Shown: positions 40,332-60,551, numbered from the stretch's first letter. The stretch: DNA of 64,000 nucleotides from an uncultured Solirubrobacterales bacterium (GCA_963758665.1 CAVWWH010000012.1:14040-78039); one strand, 5' to 3'. The notes: a model not told the origin generated them from the letters alone. Program-made: numbers and translations.

Positions 40332-40950
40332 CGGTCCGCACCTCCACCGTCCCGCCCTTGGGCCCGGGGACGGCTCCGCGGATCAGGAGCAGGTGACGCT
40401 CGGCGTCGACCTCGACCACCTCGAGGCCACGCTGCGTGACCCGCTTGCCGCCCATCCGCCCAGGCATCTTGACGCCTTTGAAGACCCGTGCCGGGTCGGC
40501 GCTGGCGCCGATCGAGCCCGGGGCGCGGACGTTGTGGGAGCCGTGCGAGACCGGCCCGCGGCTGAAGTTGTGGCGCTTGATCGTCCCCTGGAAGCCCTTG
40601 CCGATCGACGTGGCCGAGACCTTGACCTTCTCGCCGGGTTCGAACTGCTCGACCGTCAGCTGCTCCCCGATCTGCGCCTCGGGCGCCTCGTCGCGGAACT
40701 CCTTCAGCGCCCGTGACGGCCCTGCCCCGGCCTTCGCCAGATGGCCGAGCTCGGGCCGGCTGAGCTTGCGCTCGTCGGTCTCGAGCGCCGCGAGCTGGAC
40801 GCTGGCGTAGCCGTCCCGATCGGGGGTCCGCACCGCGGTGACCGTGTTCGGGGTCGCCTCGACCACGGTCACGGGAACGCGCGTGCCGTCCTCGGTGAAC
40901 ACCTGGGTCATGCCGAGCTTCTTGCCGATGATCGCCGCCATCAGCCCCAC
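40324..40950 (-). CDS. rplC: 50S ribosomal protein L3
   Basis: Contains IIGKKLGMTQVFTEDG and FKGVKMPGRMGG. The start is GTG at 40950 or ATG at 40941. Confidence 0.9.
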   Translation of the reverse strand: MGLMAAIIGKKLGMTQVFTEDGTRVPVTVVEATPNTVTAVRTPDRDGYASVQLAALETDERKLSRPELGHLAKAGAGPSRALKEFRDEAPEAQIGEQLTVEQFEPGEKVKVSATSIGKGFQGTIKRHNFSRGPVSHGSHNVRAPGSIGASADPARVFKGVKMPGRMGGKRVTQRGLEVVEVDAERHLLLIRGAVPGPKGGTVEVRTDG

Positions 40951-41271
40951 CTAAATCTTGATCTCAATGTCCACCCCTGCAGGGAGCGCGTCCAGGCGCT
41001 GCAGCGAGTCGATCGTCTTCGGTGTCGGCTGGTGGATATCGATCAGCCGCTTGTGGGTGCGGATCTCGAAGTGCTCGCGCGAGTCCTTGTCCTTGAACGG
41101 CGAGCGAATCACGCAGTAGATGTTGCGCTCGGTCGGCAGCGGCACCGGCCCGGACACCGAGGCGCCGGTGCGGGTGGCCGTCTCGACGATCTCGCGGGCA
41201 GCGCGATCGATGGCGTCATGGTCGTACGCCTTCAGCCTGATCCTGATCTTGCTTGTCGCGAGCGTTGCCAC
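40951..41271 (-). CDS. rpsJ: 30S ribosomal protein S10
   Basis: Contains [28 protein letters not shown] start. Confidence 0.95.
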   Translation of the reverse strand: MATLATSKIRIRLKAYDHDAIDRAAREIVETATRTGASVSGPVPLPTERNIYCVIRSPFKDKDSREHFEIRTHKRLIDIHQPTPKTIDSLQRLDALPAGVDIEIKI

Positions 41272-41302
41272 TTTGGTCCTGACTGTCCTTCTCGGCGCGA
41301 AC

Positions 41303-41335
41303 GGGGCGCCGCCCCTGGTGGTGGGGCGCCGCCCC
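41303..41335 (-). promoter_or_regulatory. structured leader element: two copies of a palindromic 13-mer upstream of rpsJ
   Basis: The mRNA reads GGGGCGGCGCCCC ACCACCA GGGGCGGCGCCCC, 30-65 nt upstream of the rpsJ GTG. The copies can pair within themselves or with each other. Confidence 0.4.
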
Positions 41336-41419
41336 GGTCGTATCCGTCAATTTCATTCGAGGGCGGGCTCTCCGCCCCGTACGAAGGGCCGGCGGTCGCC
41401 GGCCCCTTTGCGCAAGTCG

Positions 41420-42601
<1,182 letters not shown>

Positions 42602-42749
42602 CTCGTTCCTATTGCTCCTTCTGGTTCCGTCTCGTTGGTTGTCTAAGTTGATTCAGGCCTGCGGGCGCAACGCGCGCCCGGCTCGGCGCGAGGCCGCCCG
42701 GGCGCAACCCCTGAAGAATTACAAACCCGCCCGAACGGCGTCCGCCGGC

Positions 42750-44859
<2,110 letters not shown>

Positions 44860-44957
44860 GTTGTCTTCGAGTCGAATCTGGGTTGCTGTAGGTTTCGAGT
44901 GGCCGATCTGGTAACCGTCGCGAGGAGGACGAACCCGGCAGGAGAGCGGTCTCAGCG

Positions 44958-44984
44958 CACAAAAAAGGCCCTTGCGGGCCTCAG
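44958..44984 (-). terminator. canonical intrinsic terminator about 100 nt upstream of the fusA start
   Basis: The minus strand reads AGGCCC-GCAA-GGGCCT followed by TTTTTTGTG, one of the very few hairpin plus U-tract signals in the window. Confidence 0.65.
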
Positions 44985-45082
44985 CTCGAGATCGCCAGTA
45001 GCCCGGAACGCCCCTATGTCGTGCGGCTCTCCATGGAAGGAATATCCGCCGCGAACCGCGCGCCTGCACGGGCCGCGAGCGA
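44960..45082 (-). ncRNA. candidate roughly 120-nt small RNA or fusA leader/attenuator transcript
   Basis: It is bounded by a minus-strand TATAGT -10 box (45089-45094) and the intrinsic terminator at 44958-44984. No plausible ORF is present apart from a 6-codon ATG..TAG. Confidence 0.35.
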
Positions 45083-45125
45083 CGCATGACTATAGCAGAG
45101 GCCTAAGGGGCTCCAGAGGGGCCAG

Positions 45126-46257
45126 ATGACCCTTCGGAAGCGGATCTCGAGCTCGCGCGAGCGCTCCGCCCAGGCGCGTGCCAAGCGTCGCGAGCAACGC
45201 CGTCGCGCCGAGCGCGCGAAGCGCCTGGCGAAGGCGGACGCGAAGCAGAAGGCGACCACGGAGCGGAAAACGGGCGCTCAGTCCAAGGCGGGCGCCGAGG
45301 CCAACGGCGAAGGCGAAGCCCGCTGGGCGAAGGCCAAGCCCGGGGCGAGGGCGAAGCCATGGTCCTCGGCCAAACGGCGGCCGAGCGCGAGCCGCAGTCG
45401 CTCGGCGACGGCGGGCAAGGGGGTGCGAGCGGCGGTGGCCGAGGCGCGCAGGCTCGGCGGCGGCGCCGGCTCCGCGCTGGGCGAGGTGGTGAAGCGCGGT
45501 CGCAAGGTGCTGGTGACCCCGGTGCAGCTCTGGCTCGCCGCCGCCGAGGTCGCGGGCGCCGTCGTGCTCAAGAGTCTGGGTGCGCGGCGTGCGCCCGCTC
45601 TGGGTGGTGCTCCGGCGGCTCGCCGCGGCGGCGTTTCGCCTCGCCGAGCGCCACGTGACCCCGGCGCGGGCCGTCGCCGCGGTCGGCCTGGTCGCCGCCG
45701 GCGCCCTCGCCGCCTCGCAGTGGCTCGACTACCACTCGGTCAGCGTCGGCATCGACGCCTACGCCGGCGAGGTCGGGGCGGTCGCCCCGGCGCCCGAGGT
45801 GGAGAGCGAGATCGCCGGCAACGCCCACGCCTGGGTGATGGTGCCGATCGCGGCCGCCGCGCTGGTGGTGGTTGCGGTTGCCCTCGCAGGTCGCCGCCAA
45901 GTCGCCGTCCTCCTGGTGCCGATCGGGGTCGCGGTGATCGCGATCAGCCTGATCGTGGACGCCCCCAAGGGGCTCGACGAGGGCGCGGCCACGCTCACCT
46001 ACGAGGGAGCGAGCGCCAGCCTGCTGGAGGGGTTCTGGGTGCAGATCGCGGCCGCGGTGGTCCTGATCGCCTGCGGATTCCTGCTGCCCCGCTACCTGCG
46101 GCCGGCCAGCGCCCGCGCGATCGAGGCGGCGCGCCCCACCGGGCCGACCCTGTTCGAGCAGCTCGGCGCGGCGGTGAGAAAGCGCACCCGCGAGCGCCCG
46201 GCGACCGGGCGAAGGCGACCGCGGCCGAAGCGCAAGGTCCAGGGCGCCGGGACGTGA
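45126..46257 (+). CDS. membrane protein with a basic Lys/Arg/Ala-rich N-terminal region; frame changes at GGG 45578-45580
   Basis: The frame of the ATG at 45126 has GC3 bias up to about 45575, and the next frame (ORF 45580..46257) carries it onward. The span is 3n+1. The C-terminal part has 4 hydrophobic spans. Confidence 0.5.
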
Positions 46258-46261
46258 GGCC

Positions 46262-46882
46262 ATGAGCGACCCGCAGCTCGGCCGGCTCACCCGCCTGCTG
46301 CCGCTCGCGGTGATCGCGGCGGCGATCTGCCTGTTCGCCTCTGAGCTGATGACGATGTTCGAGTTCACGCCGCCGGGCGGCGAGGCGGTCTGCGCCCAGG
46401 ACGCCGGCGACCGGCACTCGAATGCCCAGATGGTGATCGCCGGCTTCGCCGTGATCGCCACCATCGTCGCGGTGTACGGCGGCTCGCGCCCCGCGGCGAT
46501 CGCGGTGGCTGCGATCGGGATCGTCGCCCTCTTGATCTTCTTGATCAGCGACCTGCGGGTCGCCGACGCCGCCGGCTCGCTCAGCGAGGCCTGCGGCGCC
46601 AGCCAGGGCTTCCTGTTCGAGGCCGAGGCGATCCCCCAGAGCGGCTTCTACATGGAGCTGCTCGGGTCCCTGGCGCTCGCCGTCACCGGGATCGCGCTCG
46701 CCACGCTCACCCCGGCGCAGCTGAGGGCGCTGCGACCCTCGCGGCGGGCGCAGCCGGACGCGTCGCCGGGCCCGGACGAGCCGCCCGCGGGCGGAGCATC
46801 GGCGCACGGGTCGCCCGGCGATCCCGAGGAGCCTCGCCCGAGCCGGCTCGCGCGGCGCCCCCGCGCCCGCCAGCGCAGCTAG
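46262..46882 (+). CDS. four-span membrane protein, paralog of the preceding gene
   Basis: 206 aa with the same topology as the previous gene and shared landmarks (His before TM2, a D in the TM3-TM4 loop, LRxxRP after TM4). Confidence 0.6.
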   Translation: MSDPQLGRLTRLLPLAVIAAAICLFASELMTMFEFTPPGGEAVCAQDAGDRHSNAQMVIAGFAVIATIVAVYGGSRPAAIAVAAIGIVALLIFLISDLRVADAAGSLSEACGASQGFLFEAEAIPQSGFYMELLGSLALAVTGIALATLTPAQLRALRPSRRAQPDASPGPDEPPAGGASAHGSPGDPEEPRPSRLARRPRARQRS

Positions 46883-46907
46883 CGGCAGGCCGGACGTCGA
46901 GGCGGGG

Positions 46908-47378
46908 CTACCAGCGGTAGTGGGCGAAGGCCTTGTTGGCCTGGGCCATCCGGTAGATGTCGTCCTTGCGCTTCCAGGCGCCGCCCTGCTGGGAGATCGA
47001 GTCGAGGATCTCGTTGGCGAGCCGCTCGGCCATCGACTTCTCGCGACGGTTGCGGGCGAACTCGACGAGCCATCGGACCGCGAGCGTGCGCGCCCGCCGC
47101 GGGGGGACCTCGACCGGGACCTGGTAGGTGGCGCCGCCGACGCGCCGCGAGCGGACCTCGAGCACCGGGGTCAATTCCTTGACCGAGTCCTCGAGGACCT
47201 CGACCGGCGCGCGGCCCGAACGCTCGCCGACGATCGCCAGCGCGCCATACGTGATCCGCTCCGCGGTCGACTTCTTGCCCTCCTGCATCACTTTGTTGAC
47301 CACCTGCTGAACGAGCCGGCTCTTGTGGACGGAGTCGGCCTCGACAGGGCGGATCGCGGGTGGGTTGCGGCGCGGCAT
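46908..47378 (-). CDS. rpsG: 30S ribosomal protein S7
   Basis: The ATG at 47378 begins [23 protein letters not shown]. The product ends in AFAHYRW. Confidence 0.95.
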   Translation of the reverse strand: MPRRNPPAIRPVEADSVHKSRLVQQVVNKVMQEGKKSTAERITYGALAIVGERSGRAPVEVLEDSVKELTPVLEVRSRRVGGATYQVPVEVPPRRARTLAVRWLVEFARNRREKSMAERLANEILDSISQQGGAWKRKDDIYRMAQANKAFAHYRW

Positions 47379-47412
47379 CAGCGCGGCATCGCTGTGGTCG
47401 GAGCGCTCACCG

Positions 47413-47805
47413 CTAACGCTTGACGCCGTACATCGACCGCGACTGCTTGCGATCCGAGACGCCGGAGGCGTCGAGGGTGCCGCGGATGACCTTGTAGCGG
47501 ACGCCCGGCAGATCCTTGACCCGGCCGCCGCGGACGAGGACCACGGAGTGCTCCTGCAGGTTGTGCCCCTCGCCCGGGATGTAGCAGGTGACCTCCATGC
47601 CGTTGGTGAGCCGCACACGCGCCACCTTGCGCAGGGCGGAGTTCGGCTTCTTCGGCGTCGCCGTGTAGACGCGGGTGCAGACCCCGCGCCGCTGCGGAGC
47701 AGAGATCCGGCGCTTGCGTCCCTGGCCGGACTTGAGCCCGGGAGTGGCGACCTTCTTCTGTGGCGGCTTGCGCCCCTTGCGAATCAGCTGGTTGGTGCTC
47801 GGCAC
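47413..47805 (-). CDS. rpsL: 30S ribosomal protein S12
   Basis: Starts [11 protein letters not shown] and contains [29 protein letters not shown] start. Confidence 0.95.
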   Translation of the reverse strand: MPSTNQLIRKGRKPPQKKVATPGLKSGQGRKRRISAPQRRGVCTRVYTATPKKPNSALRKVARVRLTNGMEVTCYIPGEGHNLQEHSVVLVRGGRVKDLPGVRYKVIRGTLDASGVSDRKQSRSMYGVKR

Positions 47806-47824
47806 GGCGGCGGAAGATAGCAGG

Positions 47825-48364
47825 GTGGCCGTGACCGCTAGGTACGCTGATCCGGTGGTGAGCGCACCCGACGACCAGCGGCCGGTGCTCGCCGTCGACG
47901 TCGACGGCGTGATCAGCCTGTTCGGCTTCGACGGCCCGCTGGACGACCTCGGCGGGCGCTTTCACCTCATCGACGGCATGCCCCACTGCATCTCCGACCG
48001 GGCGGGCCCGCAGCTCCTGCGCCTGGCCGAGGTCTACGAGCTCGTCTGGGCGACAGGGTGGGAGGCGAGGGCGAACGACCACCTGCCGCTGATCCTCGGG
48101 CTCGCATGGGACCTGCCGGTGCTCACCTTCAACGGCCGAGCGCAGTTCGGCACCGCCCACTGGAAGCTCGAGGCCCTCGACGAGTACTCCGACGACCGCC
48201 CGCTCGCCTGGATCGACGACTCGCTCGACGCGAGCTGTCACGCCTGGGCCGCCGCCCGTGGCGCGCCGACGCTGCTCTGCCCGACGGAGTCGGACATCGG
48301 GATCACCGAGGCCCACACGGAGGCGCTCTTGGCCTGGGTTCGCGACGGTTACACTGCGAGTTGA
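47825..48364 (+). CDS. HAD-superfamily-like hydrolase (putative)
   Basis: LAVDVDGVI (DxDG motif I) lies near the N terminus and WIDD sits late in the protein. The start is ambiguous among GTGs at 47825, 47831 and 47855, and it abuts the rpsL start. Confidence 0.4.
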   Translation: MAVTARYADPVVSAPDDQRPVLAVDVDGVISLFGFDGPLDDLGGRFHLIDGMPHCISDRAGPQLLRLAEVYELVWATGWEARANDHLPLILGLAWDLPVLTFNGRAQFGTAHWKLEALDEYSDDRPLAWIDDSLDASCHAWAAARGAPTLLCPTESDIGITEAHTEALLAWVRDGYTAS

Positions 48365-48403
48365 GGGGTCCGCCGACGGCGGACCGGTGCCGGCGAGCAG
48401 AGA

Positions 48404-48736
48404 GTGGGCGTGGACGGCTTCCTACCGATCTTTTTCCTGATGGTCGTGCTGAAGATCCCGGTCGGCCTGCTGCTCTACATCGTCTGGTGGGCGTTCAGGG
48501 CCGAGACCCGGCCCGAGCAGGCGCCGCCGGAGGGGGACGATCACCGCTTCCGCCGTTTCCGTCGCGAGCCCAAGCGCCCGCGAGGTCCGCGCCGCGGCGG
48601 CCACGGCCCCGACGCCGTCCCGATCCCCGACTGCCCGCCGGGCGGCCGCAGCCGGGTGGTCACCGCGCCGGCGCCGCTGCGGGTCTACGCCGGCCACGGC
48701 GCCGGGCGCGGGTCCGCGGAACCGCTCGGCGACTAG
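48404..48736 (+). CDS. small membrane protein with a basic Pro/Arg-rich tail (hypothetical)
   Basis: GTG start, hydrophobic N-terminus (FLPIFFLMVVLKIPVGLLLYIVWWAF) and strong GC3 bias. Confidence 0.5.
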   Translation: MGVDGFLPIFFLMVVLKIPVGLLLYIVWWAFRAETRPEQAPPEGDDHRFRRFRREPKRPRGPRRGGHGPDAVPIPDCPPGGRSRVVTAPAPLRVYAGHGAGRGSAEPLGD

Positions 48737-49815
48737 CTCCTCAGCGCACGCTCGAGGTCGGCGATCAGGTCCGCGGCCGCCTCGATCCCACAGGAGAGGC
48801 GGACGAGGTCCGCCGGCACCGCCGCGGCGGAGTCCTCGACCGACTGGTGGGTCATCGCCTGCGGCACCTCGATCAGCGACTCCACCCCGCCCAGCGACTC
48901 GGCGAGGGTGAAGAGCTCGGTGCGGCCGACGAGCGCCGCCGCGTCCGGATGGCGAAACGCGACCATGCCGCCGAATCCGGGCCAGCGCACGTCCTCGACC
49001 GCCGGCACCTCCCGCAGCCACTCGCTCACCGCGCGGCCGTTCTCGGTGTGGCGGGCGACCCGGAGCGCCAGGGTCCGGATCCCGCGATGGACGAGGAAGC
49101 AGTCGAACGGGCCCGGGACGGCGCCGACCGCGTTCTGGACGAAGCGAACCCGCTCGGCGAGCTCCGCATCGGCGGTGATCACGGCGCCGCCGACCACGTC
49201 CGAGTGCCCGCCCAGGTACTTGGTGGTCGAGTGCACGACCGCGCTCGCCCCCAGTTCGAGCGGGCGCTGGACGATGGGCGTGGCGAAGGTGTTGTCGACG
49301 ACGACCGCGCGGCCCGCGGCCGCCGCGACGACCGCCGCGACGTCGATCTCGTTCAGCAGCGGGTTGGTCGGCGTCTCGACCCAGATCATCCGGGTCTCGG
49401 GGCGCAGCGCCGCGGCCACCGCCTCGAGGTCGCGCTGGTCGACGAGGTCGTAGGCGAGCCCGAAGCGGGCGAGCACCTTGTCGACCAGGCGATAGGTGCC
49501 GCCGTAGAGGTCGAGCGGCAGGATCAGGTGGTCGCCGGCGTCGAGGGCCGCGGTGATCAGCGCGTGGGTTGCCGCCATCCCGCTCGAGAACGCGGCGCCG
49601 TGCCCGCCCTCGAGCTCGCCCAGCGCCCGCTCGAGCGCGGTGCGGGTCGGGTTGGCCGAGCGCGCGTAGTCGTAGCCCTCGACGAACTCGCCCGGGGCCG
49701 GCTGGGCAAAGGTCGACGTCTGATGGATCGCCGGGATCACCGACCCGTAGGTGGGATCGGGCTCGAGCCCGGCGTGGACGACCCTGGTGTCGAGTCGGTG
49801 CGGCTTCCCGGTCAC
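48733..49815 (-). CDS. PLP-dependent cystathionine gamma-lyase/synthase family enzyme
   Basis: Contains RVVHAG, HSTTKYLGGHSD (lysine site) and SLGGVESL. Confidence 0.85.
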   Translation of the reverse strand: MTGKPHRLDTRVVHAGLEPDPTYGSVIPAIHQTSTFAQPAPGEFVEGYDYARSANPTRTALERALGELEGGHGAAFSSGMAATHALITAALDAGDHLILPLDLYGGTYRLVDKVLARFGLAYDLVDQRDLEAVAAALRPETRMIWVETPTNPLLNEIDVAAVVAAAAGRAVVVDNTFATPIVQRPLELGASAVVHSTTKYLGGHSDVVGGAVITADAELAERVRFVQNAVGAVPGPFDCFLVHRGIRTLALRVARHTENGRAVSEWLREVPAVEDVRWPGFGGMVAFRHPDAAALVGRTELFTLAESLGGVESLIEVPQAMTHQSVEDSAAAVPADLVRLSCGIEAAADLIADLERALRS

Positions 49816-51185
49816 GCGTTGAGCGCCTCGATCAGGTCGACCGAGGCGAGGATGCCGAGCGCGCGCCCGCTGTCGACCACGATCACCGGCTTGCGCTCGT
49901 CGAGCAGCATGTGGATCGCCTCAGCCACCGGGCTCTCGGCGGCGAGCTCGGGCAGCGGCGGCTCGAGCACCTCGGTGACCGGCTCGCCGAGGATCCCCGG
50001 GTGCTCCGCGGAGGCCATCAGCAGGCCGCGCTCCGAGACGGTGCCGAGGAAGGCGCGGCCGTCGTCGCCGGACACCACCGGCACCTGGGAGACGCCGTGC
50101 TCGCGCATCAGCTCCAGCGCCCGCCCCACCTGGTCGTGGCTGCCGACGGTGAGCATCGGCCGATCGACGCTGCGCGCGCGGATCACCTCGCCGACGGTGA
50201 GGCCGCCGTCGTCGCCGAGATATCCGTGCTCGCGCATCCACGAGTCGTTGAAGACCTTCGACACGTACGGCCGCCCACCGTCGGGAATGATCGTCGCCAC
50301 CAGCGCCTCGGGGTCGTCGAGCTCGCGCGCGACTTGGACCGCGGCGCAGAGCGCCGTGCCCGTGGAGCCGCCGGCGAACAGGCCCTCGCGCGCGACCAGG
50401 CGGCGTGCGGCGAGAAACGAATCGCCGTCCGAGACGGTGACGTAGCGGTCGACGACGCTGGGGTCGAAGGTCTCCGGCCAGAAGTCCTCGCCGATCCCTT
50501 CCACCCGGTAGGGGTGAACGGGGCCGCCGGAGTAGATCGAGCCCTCCGGGTCGGCGCCGATCACCTCGATCTCCGCGTTCCGCTCCTTGAGGTAGCGCCC
50601 AACGCCGGTGACCGTGCCGCCGGTTCCGAGCGCGATCACGAAATGGCTCAGCTTTCCCGCCGTCTGGCGCCACAGCTCGGGCCCGGTGGAGCCGTAGTGC
50701 GCCTCCGGGTTCGCCTGGTTGAAGTACTGGTTCGGCTGGAAGGCCCCGTCGATCTCCTCGGTGAGCCGGTCGGCGACCCGGTAGTAGGACTGCGGCGACT
50801 CGGGCTCGACCGCGGTCGGGCAGACGACGACCTCGGCGCCGTAGGCGCGCAGCGTGTCGATCTTCTCGCGGCTCATCTTGTCGGGCATCACCGCGATCAC
50901 CTTGTAGCCGCGAAGGGCGGCCGCCATCGCCAGCCCGATCCCGGTGTTGCCCGAGGTCGGCTCGACCAGCGTCCCTCCCGGCTTCAGCTTGCCCTCGCGC
51001 TCGGCGGCCTCGATCATCGCCAGCGCCGGGCGGTCCTTGATCGAGCCGCCCGGGTTCATGAACTCGACCTTGGCGACGAGCGGCGTGCGCAGGTCGGGGT
51101 CGAAGCGCGACAGCCTGACCAGCGGCGTCTCGCCGATCAGCTCCAGAACCGAGTCGCGGATCTCGGCGTCCGCCTCACCGTCCAC
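49812..51185 (-). CDS. cystathionine beta-synthase (PLP domain plus CBS pair)
   Basis: Contains NPGGSIKDRPA, GNTGIGLA and GTGGTVTG. The C-terminal tandem CBS region is present. It overlaps the lyase gene by 4 nt. Confidence 0.85.
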   Translation of the reverse strand: MDGEADAEIRDSVLELIGETPLVRLSRFDPDLRTPLVAKVEFMNPGGSIKDRPALAMIEAAEREGKLKPGGTLVEPTSGNTGIGLAMAAALRGYKVIAVMPDKMSREKIDTLRAYGAEVVVCPTAVEPESPQSYYRVADRLTEEIDGAFQPNQYFNQANPEAHYGSTGPELWRQTAGKLSHFVIALGTGGTVTGVGRYLKERNAEIEVIGADPEGSIYSGGPVHPYRVEGIGEDFWPETFDPSVVDRYVTVSDGDSFLAARRLVAREGLFAGGSTGTALCAAVQVARELDDPEALVATIIPDGGRPYVSKVFNDSWMREHGYLGDDGGLTVGEVIRARSVDRPMLTVGSHDQVGRALELMREHGVSQVPVVSGDDGRAFLGTVSERGLLMASAEHPGILGEPVTEVLEPPLPELAAESPVAEAIHMLLDERKPVIVVDSGRALGILASVDLIEALNA

Positions 51186-51263
51186 ACCCCGAGCTTACGC
51201 CCGGGGCGGCGCTGGATGATTGATTCCGTACCCGCGTGTGCGCGGGGGTGTGGGATCACTCAT

Positions 51264-55313
<4,050 letters not shown>

Positions 55314-55353
55314 CTTGTGTTTCCAGTCCTTCGTTCGTAAGTAGTCCTGTCAG

Positions 55354-55374
55354 TGGGCGGTCGGCGGTCGGCAG
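55354..55374 (-). repeat. three tandem heptamers TGGGCGG TCGGCGG TCGGCAG (plus strand) in the rpoB-rpoC spacer
   Basis: The unit matches the consensus of the rplO-secY tract, within a 95-nt spacer. Confidence 0.6.
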
Positions 55375-55408
55375 AGCTCAGGCACCGGCGCTGCGGTCTG
55401 CCGTCTGC

Positions 55409-58964
<3,556 letters not shown>

Positions 58965-59096
58965 CTGGGCGACTCCTCAGATGGTCGAAGGGAACGAATC
59001 CGGCGCGAGAGATTCGGCAGCAAAGGGCTCAACGGCGCGCGACGCACAAATATATCAGAGCGGTCGCGAAGGTCCAAGCCGGCGCCTCAGCTACGC

Positions 59097-59489
59097 CTAC
59101 TTCAGTTCCACCGTCCCGCCGGCTTCCTCGATCTCTCCCTTCAGCTTCTCGCCCTCGTCACGCTCGACGCCCTCCTTGATCGGCTTCGGAGCGCCGTCGA
59201 CGAGCGCCTTCGCGTCCTTGAGCCCGAGCCCGGTGGCGGCGCGGACCGCCTTGATCACCTGGATCTTCTTCTCGCCGGTCTCGGTCAGCACGACGTCGAC
59301 CGTGCTCGACTCCTCGGCCGCGCCGTCGTCCCCGCCGGCAGCGCCACCGGCGGCAGGCGCCGCGGCGGCGACCGCCGTCGCGGAGACCCCGAACTCCTCC
59401 TCGAGCGCCTTGATCCGCTCGGAGAGCTCGAGCACTGAGATGCCCTTCAGCTCCTCGATCCAGTCCTCGGTTGAGATCTTGGTTGCCAC
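59097..59489 (-). CDS. rplL: 50S ribosomal protein L7/L12
   Basis: Ala-rich hinge and C-terminal domain [33 protein letters not shown]. Confidence 0.95.
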   Translation of the reverse strand: MATKISTEDWIEELKGISVLELSERIKALEEEFGVSATAVAAAAPAAGGAAGGDDGAAEESSTVDVVLTETGEKKIQVIKAVRAATGLGLKDAKALVDGAPKPIKEGVERDEGEKLKGEIEEAGGTVELK

Positions 59490-60325
59490 TAGTCCTGGCC
59501 CTCGCTTTCATCGGGCGACTGCTCGCCGCCCTCCTCGTTGTCGTCCTCTGAAGTCGCGGGATCGCCGGGGGGCTCGTCGGCAGGCCGCTGCCCCGGCTCC
59601 TGCGGTTGCGCCTCCTCCTCGGCGTGCTCGGCCGGTGGCTGCTCCTCCTCGGCGGCAGGGTCCTGCTCGGCCGCGGGCTCGTCCGCAGCCTGCTCGTCGG
59701 CCTGCTCGGTCTCCGGTTCGGCGGCGGCCTCGGCCGGCTCGTCCGCAGACTCCGGCTCGGGCTCGCCGGTCGCGGACTCCGGCTCGGGCTCGGTGGGCGG
59801 CTCGCCGCGCACCAGACCCTGCTCGGCGATCTGGCCGAGGGCGATCGCGAGGCCGGACATCATCGAGCCGAGCCCGCGGACGAGCCCGGTGATCGGGCTC
59901 GCGGCGACGCCGACGAGCTGACCGCGCAGGGCGTCGATCCCGGGGAGGCGGGCGATCGCCGCGAAGCCGTCCGGGTCGAGCACCTCGCCATCCATGACCC
60001 CGCCCTTGTACTCGAGCGCCGGGTGCTCCTTGGCGAAGTCGGCGATCGCCTTCGCCGCGATCACGGCATCGCCGTGGATCAGGGTGAGCGCCGTCGGCCC
60101 GAGCAGCAGCCCGTCGATCTCCTGGGGACCGGCGTCGGCGACCGCACGCTTCGCGAGCCGGTTCTTCACCACCCTGAACACGGCGTCGGCCTCGCGCAGC
60201 CTGCCCCGCAGCGCGGCGGCATCGGTGACGCTGATCCCTCGGTAGTCGACGGCGAAGATCGCCTCGGCGCCCTTGAGGTCCTCGGTGAGCTCGGCCACCG
60301 CAGCTTCTTTTTGTGCTCGGTCCAT
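59489..60325 (-). CDS. rplJ: 50S ribosomal protein L10 with a roughly 100-aa acidic C-terminal extension
   Basis: The ATG at 60325 begins [33 protein letters not shown]. At 278 aa it compares with about 170 usual. The TAG stop overlaps the rplL GTG. Confidence 0.9.
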   Translation of the reverse strand: MDRAQKEAAVAELTEDLKGAEAIFAVDYRGISVTDAAALRGRLREADAVFRVVKNRLAKRAVADAGPQEIDGLLLGPTALTLIHGDAVIAAKAIADFAKEHPALEYKGGVMDGEVLDPDGFAAIARLPGIDALRGQLVGVAASPITGLVRGLGSMMSGLAIALGQIAEQGLVRGEPPTEPEPESATGEPEPESADEPAEAAAEPETEQADEQAADEPAAEQDPAAEEEQPPAEHAEEEAQPQEPGQRPADEPPGDPATSEDDNEEGGEQSPDESEGQD

Positions 60326-60351
60326 CTGCAGTCTTTGCCTTGTCGCCCGTC

Positions 60352-60384
60352 CGAAACGAAAAGAGCCTGCGCGCAGGCAGGCTC
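60352..60384 (-). terminator. intrinsic terminator/attenuator inside the rplJ leader (L10-leader-like)
   Basis: The minus strand reads GAGCCTGC-CTGCGC-GCAGGCTC followed by TTTTCGTTTC. It lies 27-60 nt upstream of the rplJ ATG and 168 nt after the rplA stop. Confidence 0.5.
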
Positions 60385-60551
60385 GACAAGCGTGGGCTCT
60401 CGAACTCACCTGCGCCGGTCTTCCGGGCCGCGCCTGGCGGCCCCGCCGACGGTCTCGGGCGGTTGGACGCGCGATGGTAGCGAATCGCCGCATCGCGACG
60501 ATCCGGGTAACCGGGCAGGGTGCGCAGAAGGTGTCGAAACCGACGCCGGCG

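Noticed and set aside
51186-51263. A SAM or other riboswitch upstream of the cystathionine beta-synthase gene
   Set aside because: Only 78 nt are available, and they contain just one short hairpin (CCCGCG-CACA-CGCGGG), which more likely follows rpoC.
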